Source: an uncultured Candidatus Saccharibacteria bacterium (GTDB lineage: Bacteria; Patescibacteriota; Saccharimonadia; Saccharimonadales; CAIOMD01). Taken from it: 64,000 nt of DNA. The stretch lies in NCBI GenBank assembly GCA_903859365.1, contig CAIOMD010000002.1:17931-81930 (forward strand), written 5' to 3'. The translations under genes and the position numbers were made by a program. Below the pieces are notes generated by a model. The model was given only the letters and a program-made list of their open reading frames with translations. It made no database searches and was not told where the DNA came from. How positions within the stretch are numbered: position 1 is the first letter of the stretch; every line of letters begins with the position of its first letter. Of this stretch, positions 26,695 to 35,706 are shown piece by piece.

Positions 26695-27381
26695 TTATTT
26701 ATATTTTAAATCGCTGAGGAGCTTGGGTACAAAAGAATATTTATTTCTTGCTTCTTCGATTTGTTTCCGATGAAAATGACCTCTCTTATAGAGACTTAAG
26801 TAGGCTTTTTCTGCTGTCCCCACATATGCTTCATCACTCATAGCTTTCACAATAGACATCTTTTCTTCAAACATCATGTCATAAGAATGTGCACTGTGTT
26901 TTTCAACTGGTTGAGGCCAGTTCCCCACTCGCAAACACTCATCAAATAGAAGATAATCGGCAAGAACATGAGCAGTAAATTTAAATTTACGTACATTAGC
27001 ATTTACTTTAAAAGTAAGTGATCCATCATCTTCCCTTTTTCTTTTCTCAACCCAATCGGGATTCATCAAGACAGATTTATATAATTCGACATCGCTCAAA
27101 ATAGCAGTACTTTTCTTCAAAAGTTTTGTTATGTACTTTGAGCTAAAACGCCCCTTACCTTCTTGAGATTTAGCGTAGTGCTGTCCTATGAGATCTGAAA
27201 GGCTAACTGCAACAAGTTTTGCCTCATCCCTACTATAAGGAACGAACTGCTCATTGCTTTCTAAAAAAAGTAGCTCTGGTGATTTTTTACCCGAAACAAT
27301 ACTTTTGTTAATTGCAAGTGATCCTAAATCATCTGGAACAAAAAACAGACCTTCTTTTCCTTGAAATTCACCATTAGCCAT
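26695..27381 (-). CDS. hypothetical protein
   Basis: 228-aa ORF whose stop abuts the dus start. No recognisable motif. Confidence 0.55.
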   Translation of the reverse strand: MANGEFQGKEGLFFVPDDLGSLAINKSIVSGKKSPELLFLESNEQFVPYSRDEAKLVAVSLSDLIGQHYAKSQEGKGRFSSKYITKLLKKSTAILSDVELYKSVLMNPDWVEKRKREDDGSLTFKVNANVRKFKFTAHVLADYLLFDECLRVGNWPQPVEKHSAHSYDMMFEEKMSIVKAMSDEAYVGTAEKAYLSLYKRGHFHRKQIEEARNKYSFVPKLLSDLKYK

Positions 27382-27398
27382 ACTTAAACCTATAAACC

Positions 27399-27941
27399 TT
27401 ACAATGAATTTAATATTTTTTGCTGTATTTTAGTAACTTTAACTCGTTTTTTTGCAATTAAACCGGTGCCTCCGTTTGCTTTATCATAATCAAGCCACGC
27501 CTCATCAGCCATTTTAAGTGCATCATCTCTCGACATGCCGCTTGCTACAAGTTCATCAACACCAAATGCTTTTTCAAAATATTTCTTTGCAGCTAAATTA
27601 GCCCCATTGTATCGCTGCATTGGCTCACCATATTTTTTATTATCTTGTTTTGCTCTTCCTTCCGCCATATTACGATTAGAAATCTCAAAATTTGAATCAA
27701 TTAAATATTGTGCACGTTTCTTCAGGGAAACACTGGGCCCATCTTTATTGATTAATGGGGTGGAGTCTGTTTCAAATTGGTCAATAATCACACCACTATC
27801 TCTCACACCAAAAAAACCACAACCACATATTATTTCAGCCTGAACATCTTTAGGTAATGTACTTAGCGGCGTTTCTTCATATGGTACTACGTCAAAAAGT
27901 GAGTCCATATTTGTTGGTGCGTGATTTCTTGATTTGCTCAT
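27399..27941 (-). CDS. hypothetical protein
   Basis: 180-aa ORF, co-directional with and 17 nt upstream of the 228-aa ORF. No recognisable motif. Confidence 0.55.
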   Translation of the reverse strand: MSKSRNHAPTNMDSLFDVVPYEETPLSTLPKDVQAEIICGCGFFGVRDSGVIIDQFETDSTPLINKDGPSVSLKKRAQYLIDSNFEISNRNMAEGRAKQDNKKYGEPMQRYNGANLAAKKYFEKAFGVDELVASGMSRDDALKMADEAWLDYDKANGGTGLIAKKRVKVTKIQQKILNSL

Positions 27942-27984
27942 AGGTGTTATTATATCACACTTATGCTTAATTGTCTAGTATATG

Positions 27985-29094
27985 CTACTCCCAGCTAAAT
28001 ACACGGAAGGCTACAAGGTAAATTATGACTGACCACCCAAGAAGAAGCCCCATTTGCGGCAAAACGTCCAAGAAGCCCTTACCTTCTGTTACGATGAGTC
28101 GAATGCCATCAACTACTGGAGTGAGCGGCAAGTAGCCTGACACTGTTTGCAACCAATCAGGCATTAAATATCGTGGAAAGAATGTGCCAGACAAAAAGAG
28201 CATCGGAAATGTAACCAGGTTACTAAGCGGCGCTGCCTGACGTTCATTCTTTGCCCAGCCTCCAAGTGCAAGTCCAATACCATATATTGTGAAAATACTT
28301 AACAGCACGAAAAATATAAAGGTGAAGTAACTCCCCTTCATGTGCAAGTGAAAAATTGCGACCGAAGACATGAAAAGTGCTGCAATTGCAAACAAACCAA
28401 CGAAACCTTGAGAAATAACATTCGCAACAAAATATTGCCACACCCTTAGCGGAGTCGTGTGGAACCTACGCAAAATTCCCTGTTTCTTGAGCTCAGGAAA
28501 GACGTTAACGGGTCCAAAAACTCCAAGGCCAAGGATGGAAAAACCAAGTAGCCCAGAAAAAGTGTAATCAAAACGATTGAGGCTTGGAGCTTGTGTCGAC
28601 TGAGCAACCACACTTAAGGGGGTAACTAATTTAATATGCTGGGCATTAACGACATCAAATTGCTGCTGAAGAATAGAAGTGAGTGTTTGAGCACCCTGTT
28701 GAGCGTTTTCGTTATAGTATACGACTGCTTGTCCAGAAGGATAGTTCGAGCCTTTTAAAACGTCTCCAAAGCCATTAGGTAGTACAATAGTTGCATCCAG
28801 CTGGCTGCGCTTCATCTTTTCTGTAGCTTGGTCTAGTGAGGTAGTCTTTTTATCCACTTTAAGGATTTTTGAGGTTTTAGCTTGGTCAACAAAATTCTTA
28901 GCGTAGCTCGAACTGGACTGATTTATGACTGCCACATTAAAAGAAACACTTCCATTGTTCTTTGTGAGTGCGCCAAAAACAAAAAGAAACATTAGCGGGA
29001 AAACGATAGTAAAAAATATAGCTAGTTTATCTCTAAAAAAACGCTTTGCATTTAATCGAGCAAAGGTGGTGATGGTGTATAAAGATTTTCTCAT
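27985..29094 (-). CDS. ABC-2 type transporter permease
   Basis: 369 aa. N-terminal TM, large extracytoplasmic loop, then 5 TM helices, typical of ABC-2 permeases. Adjacent to the ATPase gene. Confidence 0.8.
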   Translation of the reverse strand: MRKSLYTITTFARLNAKRFFRDKLAIFFTIVFPLMFLFVFGALTKNNGSVSFNVAVINQSSSSYAKNFVDQAKTSKILKVDKKTTSLDQATEKMKRSQLDATIVLPNGFGDVLKGSNYPSGQAVVYYNENAQQGAQTLTSILQQQFDVVNAQHIKLVTPLSVVAQSTQAPSLNRFDYTFSGLLGFSILGLGVFGPVNVFPELKKQGILRRFHTTPLRVWQYFVANVISQGFVGLFAIAALFMSSVAIFHLHMKGSYFTFIFFVLLSIFTIYGIGLALGGWAKNERQAAPLSNLVTFPMLFLSGTFFPRYLMPDWLQTVSGYLPLTPVVDGIRLIVTEGKGFLDVLPQMGLLLGWSVIIYLVAFRVFSWE

Positions 29095-29095
29095 A

Positions 29096-29854
29096 TTAGT
29101 CCCGAAGCTTCTTTCCGGTTAAATCAATAAATACGTCCTCGAGGTCAGCTTGCTCAACATGACGTTCTTTCTTGAATCCACGACCTAATAATTCTTTGAT
29201 TAGATTTTTTGGTGAATCGAGTGCAATAATCGTTCCTTGATCCATGATAGCGACTCGGTCGCAAAGCATTTCAGCCTCCTCAAGATAATGGGTCGTTAAA
29301 ATAACAGTTATTCCTTTTTTCTGAATATCCTTTACGAGATCCCACAGATTTCTTCGCGCCTGCGGATCTAGGCCTGTTGTTGGTTCATCCATGAAAAAAA
29401 CTTTTGGATTGTGTACGAGCGATGCAGCGATACTGAGTCGCTGTCTCTGGCCACCCGAAAGGTTTTCAACATACTCGTTAGCTTTTTCCTCCAAATTCAC
29501 TATTTTAAGCATTGCAATAGGATCAACTTTTTCTCCGTACGAAGCAGCAAATAATTCAATAATTTCCTTTAGCTTTGTTTTATCTTGAAATGCGGGTGAT
29601 TGTGGCTGTACGCCAATGATGTACCTGACTTTTTGGGGATGCTCACCCACATCTATGTGATTAATACTGGCGCTCCCGCCATCAATTTCTCTAATTGCTT
29701 CGATCATCTCAAGGGTTGTTGTTTTACCGGCTCCGTTGGGACCCAATATTCCAAATATTTCGCCCTTTTCAACATTAAAGCTAATGCCATCAACAACTTT
29801 TTTGTCACCATATTTCTTCGTAAGATTCTTTACTATAACGATATTGTCTGCCAT
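29096..29854 (-). CDS. ABC transporter ATP-binding protein
   Basis: Walker A GPNGAGKTT, signature LSGGQRQR, Walker B VFFMDEPT. Confidence 0.9.
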   Translation of the reverse strand: MADNIVIVKNLTKKYGDKKVVDGISFNVEKGEIFGILGPNGAGKTTTLEMIEAIREIDGGSASINHIDVGEHPQKVRYIIGVQPQSPAFQDKTKLKEIIELFAASYGEKVDPIAMLKIVNLEEKANEYVENLSGGQRQRLSIAASLVHNPKVFFMDEPTTGLDPQARRNLWDLVKDIQKKGITVILTTHYLEEAEMLCDRVAIMDQGTIIALDSPKNLIKELLGRGFKKERHVEQADLEDVFIDLTGKKLRD

Positions 29855-29891
29855 ATATGACTGTAATGTATCAGAAAATTTTAGTTAAAAC

Positions 29892-29923
29892 AAAAAAACA
29901 CTCTCATTCCTGAGAGTGTTTTT
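29892..29923 (-). terminator. intrinsic terminator after the 66-aa gene
   Basis: ACACTCTCA-GGAA-TGAGAGTGT (9-bp perfect stem) followed by TTTTTTT on the minus strand. Confidence 0.65.
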
Positions 29924-29947
29924 GATAATTTTCGATGTAAATCTAAA

Positions 29948-30148
29948 TTATTTAACGTTCTTTACAGTAAGAAAACCGTTTCGTGGGTTTTCGCCAACTT
30001 CTTTACCTGCAGGAAGCGCATCAATAGTTTCTGCTCGCTTGTCCTTGCTGAAGTAATAAATAGTTTGCTTTTTTCCACCTCTTAACACTACATCCTTTGA
30101 GTTTAGGAAGTACGTTACCCCTTTTGAATTCGTATGTTGATAAGCCAT
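29948..30148 (-). CDS. small basic hypothetical protein (66 aa)
   Basis: MAYQHTNSKGVTYFLNSKDVVLRGGKKQTIYYFSKDKR... Own terminator downstream. Family unknown to me. Confidence 0.6.
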   Translation of the reverse strand: MAYQHTNSKGVTYFLNSKDVVLRGGKKQTIYYFSKDKRAETIDALPAGKEVGENPRNGFLTVKNVK

Positions 30149-30311
30149 TGCTTCTCCTTCTTACACTGTTAGTAGTACTCCTACCATACCCTGAGTGAAT
30201 TTAAATTGTCAACAGATTTATAAAAATCCTAAAATACTTGCGCTTACCTGTTGGAGTGCGCTACACTTTATTTACAAGCATTAGCAATGATAAAAAGGGG
30301 TGTAAGTAATA

Positions 30312-30884
30312 ATGAATGAATATTTGAATAAGGTATCAAATCCTTCACAAACGATTAATCGCGGATCAACTGAGGGTATGCTTCAACCATCAACAACAGG
30401 AACAGGTAAAGGAAAAAAGAACAAAAAGCTAGGTTCTAATTTTAGTCTCGGAAGATTAGGTTTTGTTCTATTTATTTTTGTTCTTGCTGCTATTATCTCA
30501 GGAATCATCTTTCTTGTAATACGTTCATCAGGGGCTTCAACCACTTCAAAGATTAACGTAAAAGAGTATCAGGCAGTCTTTTTGAACAGTAGTGATGGAC
30601 AAGTTTACTTTGGTAAGCTTAGCTCACTCAATGCACAATACTACATGCTTACGGACATCTATTACGTGCGGGTTCAACAAGTACAACCAGGTGCAGCAAC
30701 AACCACCAATTCATCGTCTAATATTTCATTAGTGAAATTAGGTAACGAAATCCACGGACCAGAAGACGCTATGTATATTAATAAAAATAACGTAATGTTC
30801 TGGGAAAACCTTAAGAGCTCAGGTCAAGTTGCTAAAGCAATTGCACAGTACCAAGAAAATCAAGCAAACGGAACCAATAAATAG
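30312..30884 (+). CDS. hypothetical membrane-anchored protein
   Basis: 190 aa. Basic N-terminus, one TM (FVLFIFVLAAIISGIIFLVI), extracellular domain. Confidence 0.6.
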   Translation: MNEYLNKVSNPSQTINRGSTEGMLQPSTTGTGKGKKNKKLGSNFSLGRLGFVLFIFVLAAIISGIIFLVIRSSGASTTSKINVKEYQAVFLNSSDGQVYFGKLSSLNAQYYMLTDIYYVRVQQVQPGAATTTNSSSNISLVKLGNEIHGPEDAMYINKNNVMFWENLKSSGQVAKAIAQYQENQANGTNK

Positions 30885-30903
30885 TTACAGGAACGTAATT
30901 TAG

Positions 30904-30932
30904 AAAAAAGCCTCACAATGTGAGGCTTTTTT
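30904..30932. terminator. bidirectional intrinsic terminator between convergent genes
   Basis: AAAAAAGCCTCA-CAATG-TGAGGCTTTTTT: a GC-containing stem flanked by an A-run and a T-run. Confidence 0.6.
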
Positions 30933-31542
30933 ATTTTTTTGAGTTTTTCGAAAAAATTGAAGTAATTATCCTAAATACCAAAAGACTGCCTGAAAGAATA
31001 CTTATCACAATAAGCCAGCCAGCCAGATCACTCGACCACTTAGGGCTTATGAAATCAAACTGATACAAGCCCTTTGATGGAAGATTTTGGTTCTTGAGAC
31101 CATTTCCGTGGGTGGTCAGATAATTTTCGACACAAGTCACGTTCTTATACAGATCACTCCCTTGTGCGCTGCATGACGTAATTGCGCTGTTATATAAAGC
31201 TTGTGTGCCATTTCGGGCTGCATCCTGAGCTTCAACCTGTAATATCGCTCTATAATACGTGTTAACGAGCTGAATGGGTGCCTCGCTAGACCCGTTCGTG
31301 TTCACGTTAGTATTCATGTGTCCAAAAACATAGACTCGTAAGTCATTTAAGGCGGGCTCGACATTAACACCTGAAGTATCAGCTACCAATAGATTCTGTC
31401 GCAGTTTAATCATATGAATATTGTTTTGCCTAAGTTCGTAGCTCGCAGCACAAATACAGAGAAAAAAAACGACAATAAGTAGCGGGACCGATAATAAAGA
31501 ATACGTTTTTTGCACTATTTCTGAAGTTTTTTTTGTTTTCAT
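30931..31542 (-). CDS. hypothetical protein with N- and C-terminal TM helices
   Basis: 203-aa ORF with hydrophobic segments at both ends. Confidence 0.6.
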   Translation of the reverse strand: MKTKKTSEIVQKTYSLLSVPLLIVVFFLCICAASYELRQNNIHMIKLRQNLLVADTSGVNVEPALNDLRVYVFGHMNTNVNTNGSSEAPIQLVNTYYRAILQVEAQDAARNGTQALYNSAITSCSAQGSDLYKNVTCVENYLTTHGNGLKNQNLPSKGLYQFDFISPKWSSDLAGWLIVISILSGSLLVFRIITSIFSKNSKK

Positions 31543-31601
31543 GAATTTATTTTCATATTTCCCGTTTCATAGTAACAGATATTTGAAGTAGAATTAAGGT
31601 T

Positions 31602-32897
31602 ATGCATGTATATTTTTCAGGAATTGGCGGCACCGGAATTGGCCCGCTTGCACTCATAGCCCTACAAGCAGGATTCGAGGTCTCAGGTTCAGATATGCAA
31701 GAGAGTCAATATACGCATTACCTTGAGGAAAAAGGCATTCATCTTTCAATTGGTCAGTCTGAGGATTTAATTAAAGAAATTCATGCCACACATCCAATTG
31801 ACTGGTTCGTTTACTCTTCTGCACTTGATCAATTTAAGAGTACGCACCCTGAATTACGTTTTGTTAAAGAACATAATATACGGTCATCAAAAAGAGATGA
31901 ATTCATAGCGCACCTTATTGAAGAAAAAAAGTTGCAGATGATAGCCGTCAGTGGGACGAATGGAAAAACCACAACTACTGCAATGCTCATCTGGTTATGT
32001 AAAACCATTAATCTTCCTATTTCATATTCTTTGGGTGCAAAGATTAGTTTTGGCGAAATGGGTGCATATACCAAGGACAGTACCTATTTTATTTATGAAT
32101 GCGATGAATATGATCGAAACTTCCTATACTTCTTTCCGCACTTTAGCATCATAACTTCAATTGCTTGGGATCATCGAGATATTTATCCAACACGTAGTAG
32201 CTATAACGAAGCCTTTGATCAATTTATTAATCAATCTGAAAAAGTATTACTGTACCAAAAAGATGCGAAACTACTTGGACGATCCGGTGATAATAAGCGA
32301 ATTATATTGGAAGATTCAAATGAACTGATCGATCGTATAACACTTCATGGACTTCATAATAGGCAAAATGCTGCACTCGCCATTGAAGCAGCCCATCGTT
32401 TGACGGGACATGCATACGATGAGCTTGTTCAGATAATAAATAATTTTCCGGGCTCAAACAGAAGATTTGAAAGAATTATAGATAATGTCTATTCAGACTA
32501 TGCCCACACTCCTGAAAAAATTGCTGCCACACTTCAGCTAGCTCACGAAATCAACAAAGATGTTGTCGTTATCTATGAGCCGCACAATAATGACCGACAA
32601 AAAACAATTATTAATGACTATTACTCACTTTTTGATTCCGTTAATAAATTGTATTGGCTTCCTACATACATTGCACGTAAAGATGCTGATACGGTTCAAC
32701 TAACACCCAAAGACTTTTTAGATACATTAGATAAAAAGACGAACGCCCAGGAAGCTGCGATGAATGAAGTGCTAGCAGAGGAGATAAACAAAGCCATTCG
32801 AAGAGGAAATCTAGTGCTTTGCCTCTCAGCAGGTGGCGGTGGAAGTTTAGATGAATGGATTCGCAAAACATGTCATAATGGAGGCATACATGGATAA
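31602..32897 (+). CDS. Mur ligase family protein (MurC/Mpl-like)
   Basis: GIGGTGIGPLALIALQAGFEVSGSD N-terminal Rossmann motif, P-loop VSGTNGKTTTTAM, DYAHTP. 431 aa, shorter than typical MurC. Confidence 0.8.
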   Translation: MHVYFSGIGGTGIGPLALIALQAGFEVSGSDMQESQYTHYLEEKGIHLSIGQSEDLIKEIHATHPIDWFVYSSALDQFKSTHPELRFVKEHNIRSSKRDEFIAHLIEEKKLQMIAVSGTNGKTTTTAMLIWLCKTINLPISYSLGAKISFGEMGAYTKDSTYFIYECDEYDRNFLYFFPHFSIITSIAWDHRDIYPTRSSYNEAFDQFINQSEKVLLYQKDAKLLGRSGDNKRIILEDSNELIDRITLHGLHNRQNAALAIEAAHRLTGHAYDELVQIINNFPGSNRRFERIIDNVYSDYAHTPEKIAATLQLAHEINKDVVVIYEPHNNDRQKTIINDYYSLFDSVNKLYWLPTYIARKDADTVQLTPKDFLDTLDKKTNAQEAAMNEVLAEEINKAIRRGNLVLCLSAGGGGSLDEWIRKTCHNGGIHG

Positions 32898-33708
32898 CAC
32901 GATAAGTACTTTTCTTGGTTTTAGCTCAAATCGATTTCTTGCCTCTATTTTCGTAATTATAGTGGCCGTGGCCCTTCGTTACGTTATTAAGATAGTGCTT
33001 AAAAATATTTTCAAATTACCTCTGAACGCAGATCTCTTTCCAAAACGAAAAAAAGACCACGAACGTCGCATCAAAACTCTCAGCAGCGTTGCCCTTGCTG
33101 TTTCTTCCTTGGTGATATGGTTTTTTGCAATAATTATTGTGATGGGTATTTGTAACGTTCCCGTTGCTCCCCTACTCACAAGCGCAGGCCTTATTGGCGC
33201 AGCAGTTGCATTTAGTATGCAAAGTTTAATTAAGGATTTCGTAAGTGGCCTCTTTATCATTGCTGAAAATCAGTATCGAGTCGATGATTATGTAGAAATG
33301 ATAAATAATGCTGGGTCAAGAAAAGAAGGGGTCGTTCAAGCTGTTACCGTTCGAACAACAGTAATAAAGGATGACTCGGGGGCAATTCACCATATTCCTA
33401 ACGGTAGCATTTCCATCAGCACTAACCACAGTATGAGTAATGACATCATCCATGAGCAATTAATTTTAGAGCCAAGCTACAGTATTGAAAAATTTGAAAT
33501 AGCGCTACATGAAATCAGCGAAAAACTTTTAACGAATGAAGCAACCTTGAGATTCTTTAAGACCGAGCCAAAGCTTTACGACGTACTTGAAGTTACCGGC
33601 GAAGGTACGAAAGTAGATATTACCTTTGAAACAAATGCCTCTAAGCGAGTTAAGGCATCAACGGTATTCTTAAAAGCAGTCAAAACAAGCCCGATTAAAC
33701 TGGCCTAG
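32890..33708 (+). CDS. small-conductance mechanosensitive channel (MscS family)
   Basis: 3 TM helices, then LIKDFVSGLFIIAENQYRVDDYVE (MscS beta domain). I prefer the ATG at 32890 (GGAGG 6-7 nt upstream) over the track start at 32851. Confidence 0.8.
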   Translation: MDNTISTFLGFSSNRFLASIFVIIVAVALRYVIKIVLKNIFKLPLNADLFPKRKKDHERRIKTLSSVALAVSSLVIWFFAIIIVMGICNVPVAPLLTSAGLIGAAVAFSMQSLIKDFVSGLFIIAENQYRVDDYVEMINNAGSRKEGVVQAVTVRTTVIKDDSGAIHHIPNGSISISTNHSMSNDIIHEQLILEPSYSIEKFEIALHEISEKLLTNEATLRFFKTEPKLYDVLEVTGEGTKVDITFETNASKRVKASTVFLKAVKTSPIKLA

Positions 33709-34034
33709 TTCGCAGGCAAACCAAGCGTTTGATTACTAATATCGTTTTGGTTAAAATCTGCGTTATTATTAATGGTTGTGAGTTTCTGTTTTAGTGTTGC
33801 TTCATAATTAGCAATATCAATAGCATTAACTGGGCTTGTTACGTCATAGGACCCATTAAGATTTGCCGCACTAAGTTGAGAGCCAATTTTTATCTGCTTC
33901 ACCGTAACATAAGCACTTGAATGCAGAAACATTATAAAAGGAATGAGTACCATCATAAACGAGATAACGACTGCCCCAGCGATTGCAGTGCCGGGATGCA
34001 GACCCTCAATTTTCTTTTCAATGTCGCCGTGCAT
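33705..34034 (-). CDS. hypothetical membrane-anchored protein
   Basis: 109-aa ORF with one TM. Its start overlaps the stop of the upstream ORF. Confidence 0.5.
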   Translation of the reverse strand: MHGDIEKKIEGLHPGTAIAGAVVISFMMVLIPFIMFLHSSAYVTVKQIKIGSQLSAANLNGSYDVTSPVNAIDIANYEATLKQKLTTINNNADFNQNDISNQTLGLPAN

Positions 34035-34618
34035 TATGCTGACAACCTTTTAATTATTTGATTAAACGTTGATGACGGAGCATCGATAAGTAACTGTTCA
34101 ATTTGGTTTGCACTTTTTTGCAATTGCGATAGTTGCGCACGCGCAAGCACTATTCCTGCAACAAACTCTTCAGGCTGATTAACGCAGTCAACGCTCGCAA
34201 CAGCATTTAAAGTACCCGTGTACGTTGAGCCAGAGATAGTCAAACTATCCATCGCACCCTGCATCTTTCCAATAAGCAAATCAATTTCAGAGCCGTCAAC
34301 GCCTTGTCGAGCTAATCGTAGTTCAAATGCCTGTAGATCGTTTATTGTTGAACCGTAGGTATCAAGATACAGATGAATAGTGGCCGCTGTTTTACTACTT
34401 AATTGAGATAATTGAGCCTGCAAGGCAACACATCTTGTAACGACGGCGGTTTTCGAATCAGCCGAAAGTGTGAGTTGTTGATCGCTTACGGCCTTAGACA
34501 GGATGCTATCAGAAGCCGGAACGGACTGTGCTCCGGCTTCTATGGGTAACATAATAGTTACTAACGCCAGTACTAAAAGTGCGATTCGCTGTATCTTCAT
34601 CTTGCTTAAGTATAGCAC
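34034..34618 (-). CDS. hypothetical secreted protein
   Basis: 194 aa with a signal-peptide-like MKIQRIALLVLALVTIMLPIEAGAQS (probable start at Met7). Confidence 0.55.
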   Translation of the reverse strand: MLYLSKMKIQRIALLVLALVTIMLPIEAGAQSVPASDSILSKAVSDQQLTLSADSKTAVVTRCVALQAQLSQLSSKTAATIHLYLDTYGSTINDLQAFELRLARQGVDGSEIDLLIGKMQGAMDSLTISGSTYTGTLNAVASVDCVNQPEEFVAGIVLARAQLSQLQKSANQIEQLLIDAPSSTFNQIIKRLSA

Positions 34619-34622
34619 TCTT

Positions 34623-35450
34623 CTATTGATAGATTGTATAGCTTACCCCTGTTTTTTTAATTAATTTTTCTCTTTCAAGCGCAGCCAATACTTCATCCAA
34701 CCGTTCGTCAAAAAGATTCATTGCACTTAGTTCATCATAAGTTCTTTTTTTTACTAATAAAAGTTTTAGCATAGCTCCCCTCAGCTGACGAGATGATCCT
34801 TCGAAAGTGCTTTGTTTTTTGTAATGTTTAGATTTTTGAGAAATATTACCGACCGATTGCTTTAAAAAACTTCCGTAATCCATTAATGCCCAGTACCATT
34901 CTCGGGGATTCTCTTTGTCTAGACTGGATTCAATCAACGGCAATAATTCTTTATCGGCAACATGCTCAGCAAAGGGAAAAAAATGATGAATAAAAACTGT
35001 TCGAATATTTGTTTCTACGAATAGCCTGGGGAGATTATAGGCATACACAACAACTGCCGCTGCAGTTGCTTTCCCAATGCCCGGCAAAGCCTCTAAAAGA
35101 CCAGGTTCGCTGGGGATACGGCCTTCATGTTCTGAAACAATTACTTTGGCTGATTCAAGCAGATACTTTGCTCTGCGGTTATAGCCAAGCCCACTCCACG
35201 CATGCAAGACAACGTCCAGATCCGCTGCTGCTAATGTAGCTATAGTTGGAAATAGCTCTATCCACTGATTAAATTTATAAATCACACGATTTACTTGGGT
35301 TTGTTGTAACATAATTTCTGAAACTAAAACGTAATAGGCAAAATTTTCATCATCTATATCGTGGCGCCATGGCAAGTTATTTCTTTTATGCGCACGATAA
35401 TAGTCCCACACAATTTCTTGGAATTGGTTTACGGCCAAAATCTCGGGCAT
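34623..35450 (-). CDS. HhH-GPD base-excision glycosylase, MutY-like, cysteine-free
   Basis: LVSEIMLQQTQV, GLGYNRRA, HhH LPGIGKATAAAV, and a catalytic-Asp-region equivalent. The protein contains no cysteine, so the 4Fe-4S loop is absent. Confidence 0.75.
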   Translation of the reverse strand: MPEILAVNQFQEIVWDYYRAHKRNNLPWRHDIDDENFAYYVLVSEIMLQQTQVNRVIYKFNQWIELFPTIATLAAADLDVVLHAWSGLGYNRRAKYLLESAKVIVSEHEGRIPSEPGLLEALPGIGKATAAAVVVYAYNLPRLFVETNIRTVFIHHFFPFAEHVADKELLPLIESSLDKENPREWYWALMDYGSFLKQSVGNISQKSKHYKKQSTFEGSSRQLRGAMLKLLLVKKRTYDELSAMNLFDERLDEVLAALEREKLIKKTGVSYTIYQ

Positions 35451-35692
35451 TACGATTTAGAGGAAGCGAACCACTGCATGACTACACCGACTGCAATATA
35501 AAACGGAAATAGCTGCATAAGTGCTGTGCCAAAACTATTTTTGCTATACACTTCCCATACAGTTGCCCCAACAAGTACACCAACGAATGGTACGTACGAT
35601 ACCCATCCCTTCCAGTTAACGGGTAGATAGCTTCGTCGAACAGGAATGAACCATGCTCCTTTTTTTGGTTTAGGATATTTTTTTTGTTTCAT
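35450..35692 (-). CDS. small membrane protein
   Basis: 80 aa with two hydrophobic helices. Its stop overlaps the start of the glycosylase gene. Confidence 0.5.
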   Translation of the reverse strand: MKQKKYPKPKKGAWFIPVRRSYLPVNWKGWVSYVPFVGVLVGATVWEVYSKNSFGTALMQLFPFYIAVGVVMQWFASSKS

Positions 35693-35706
35693 AGTTACAG
35701 TATACC

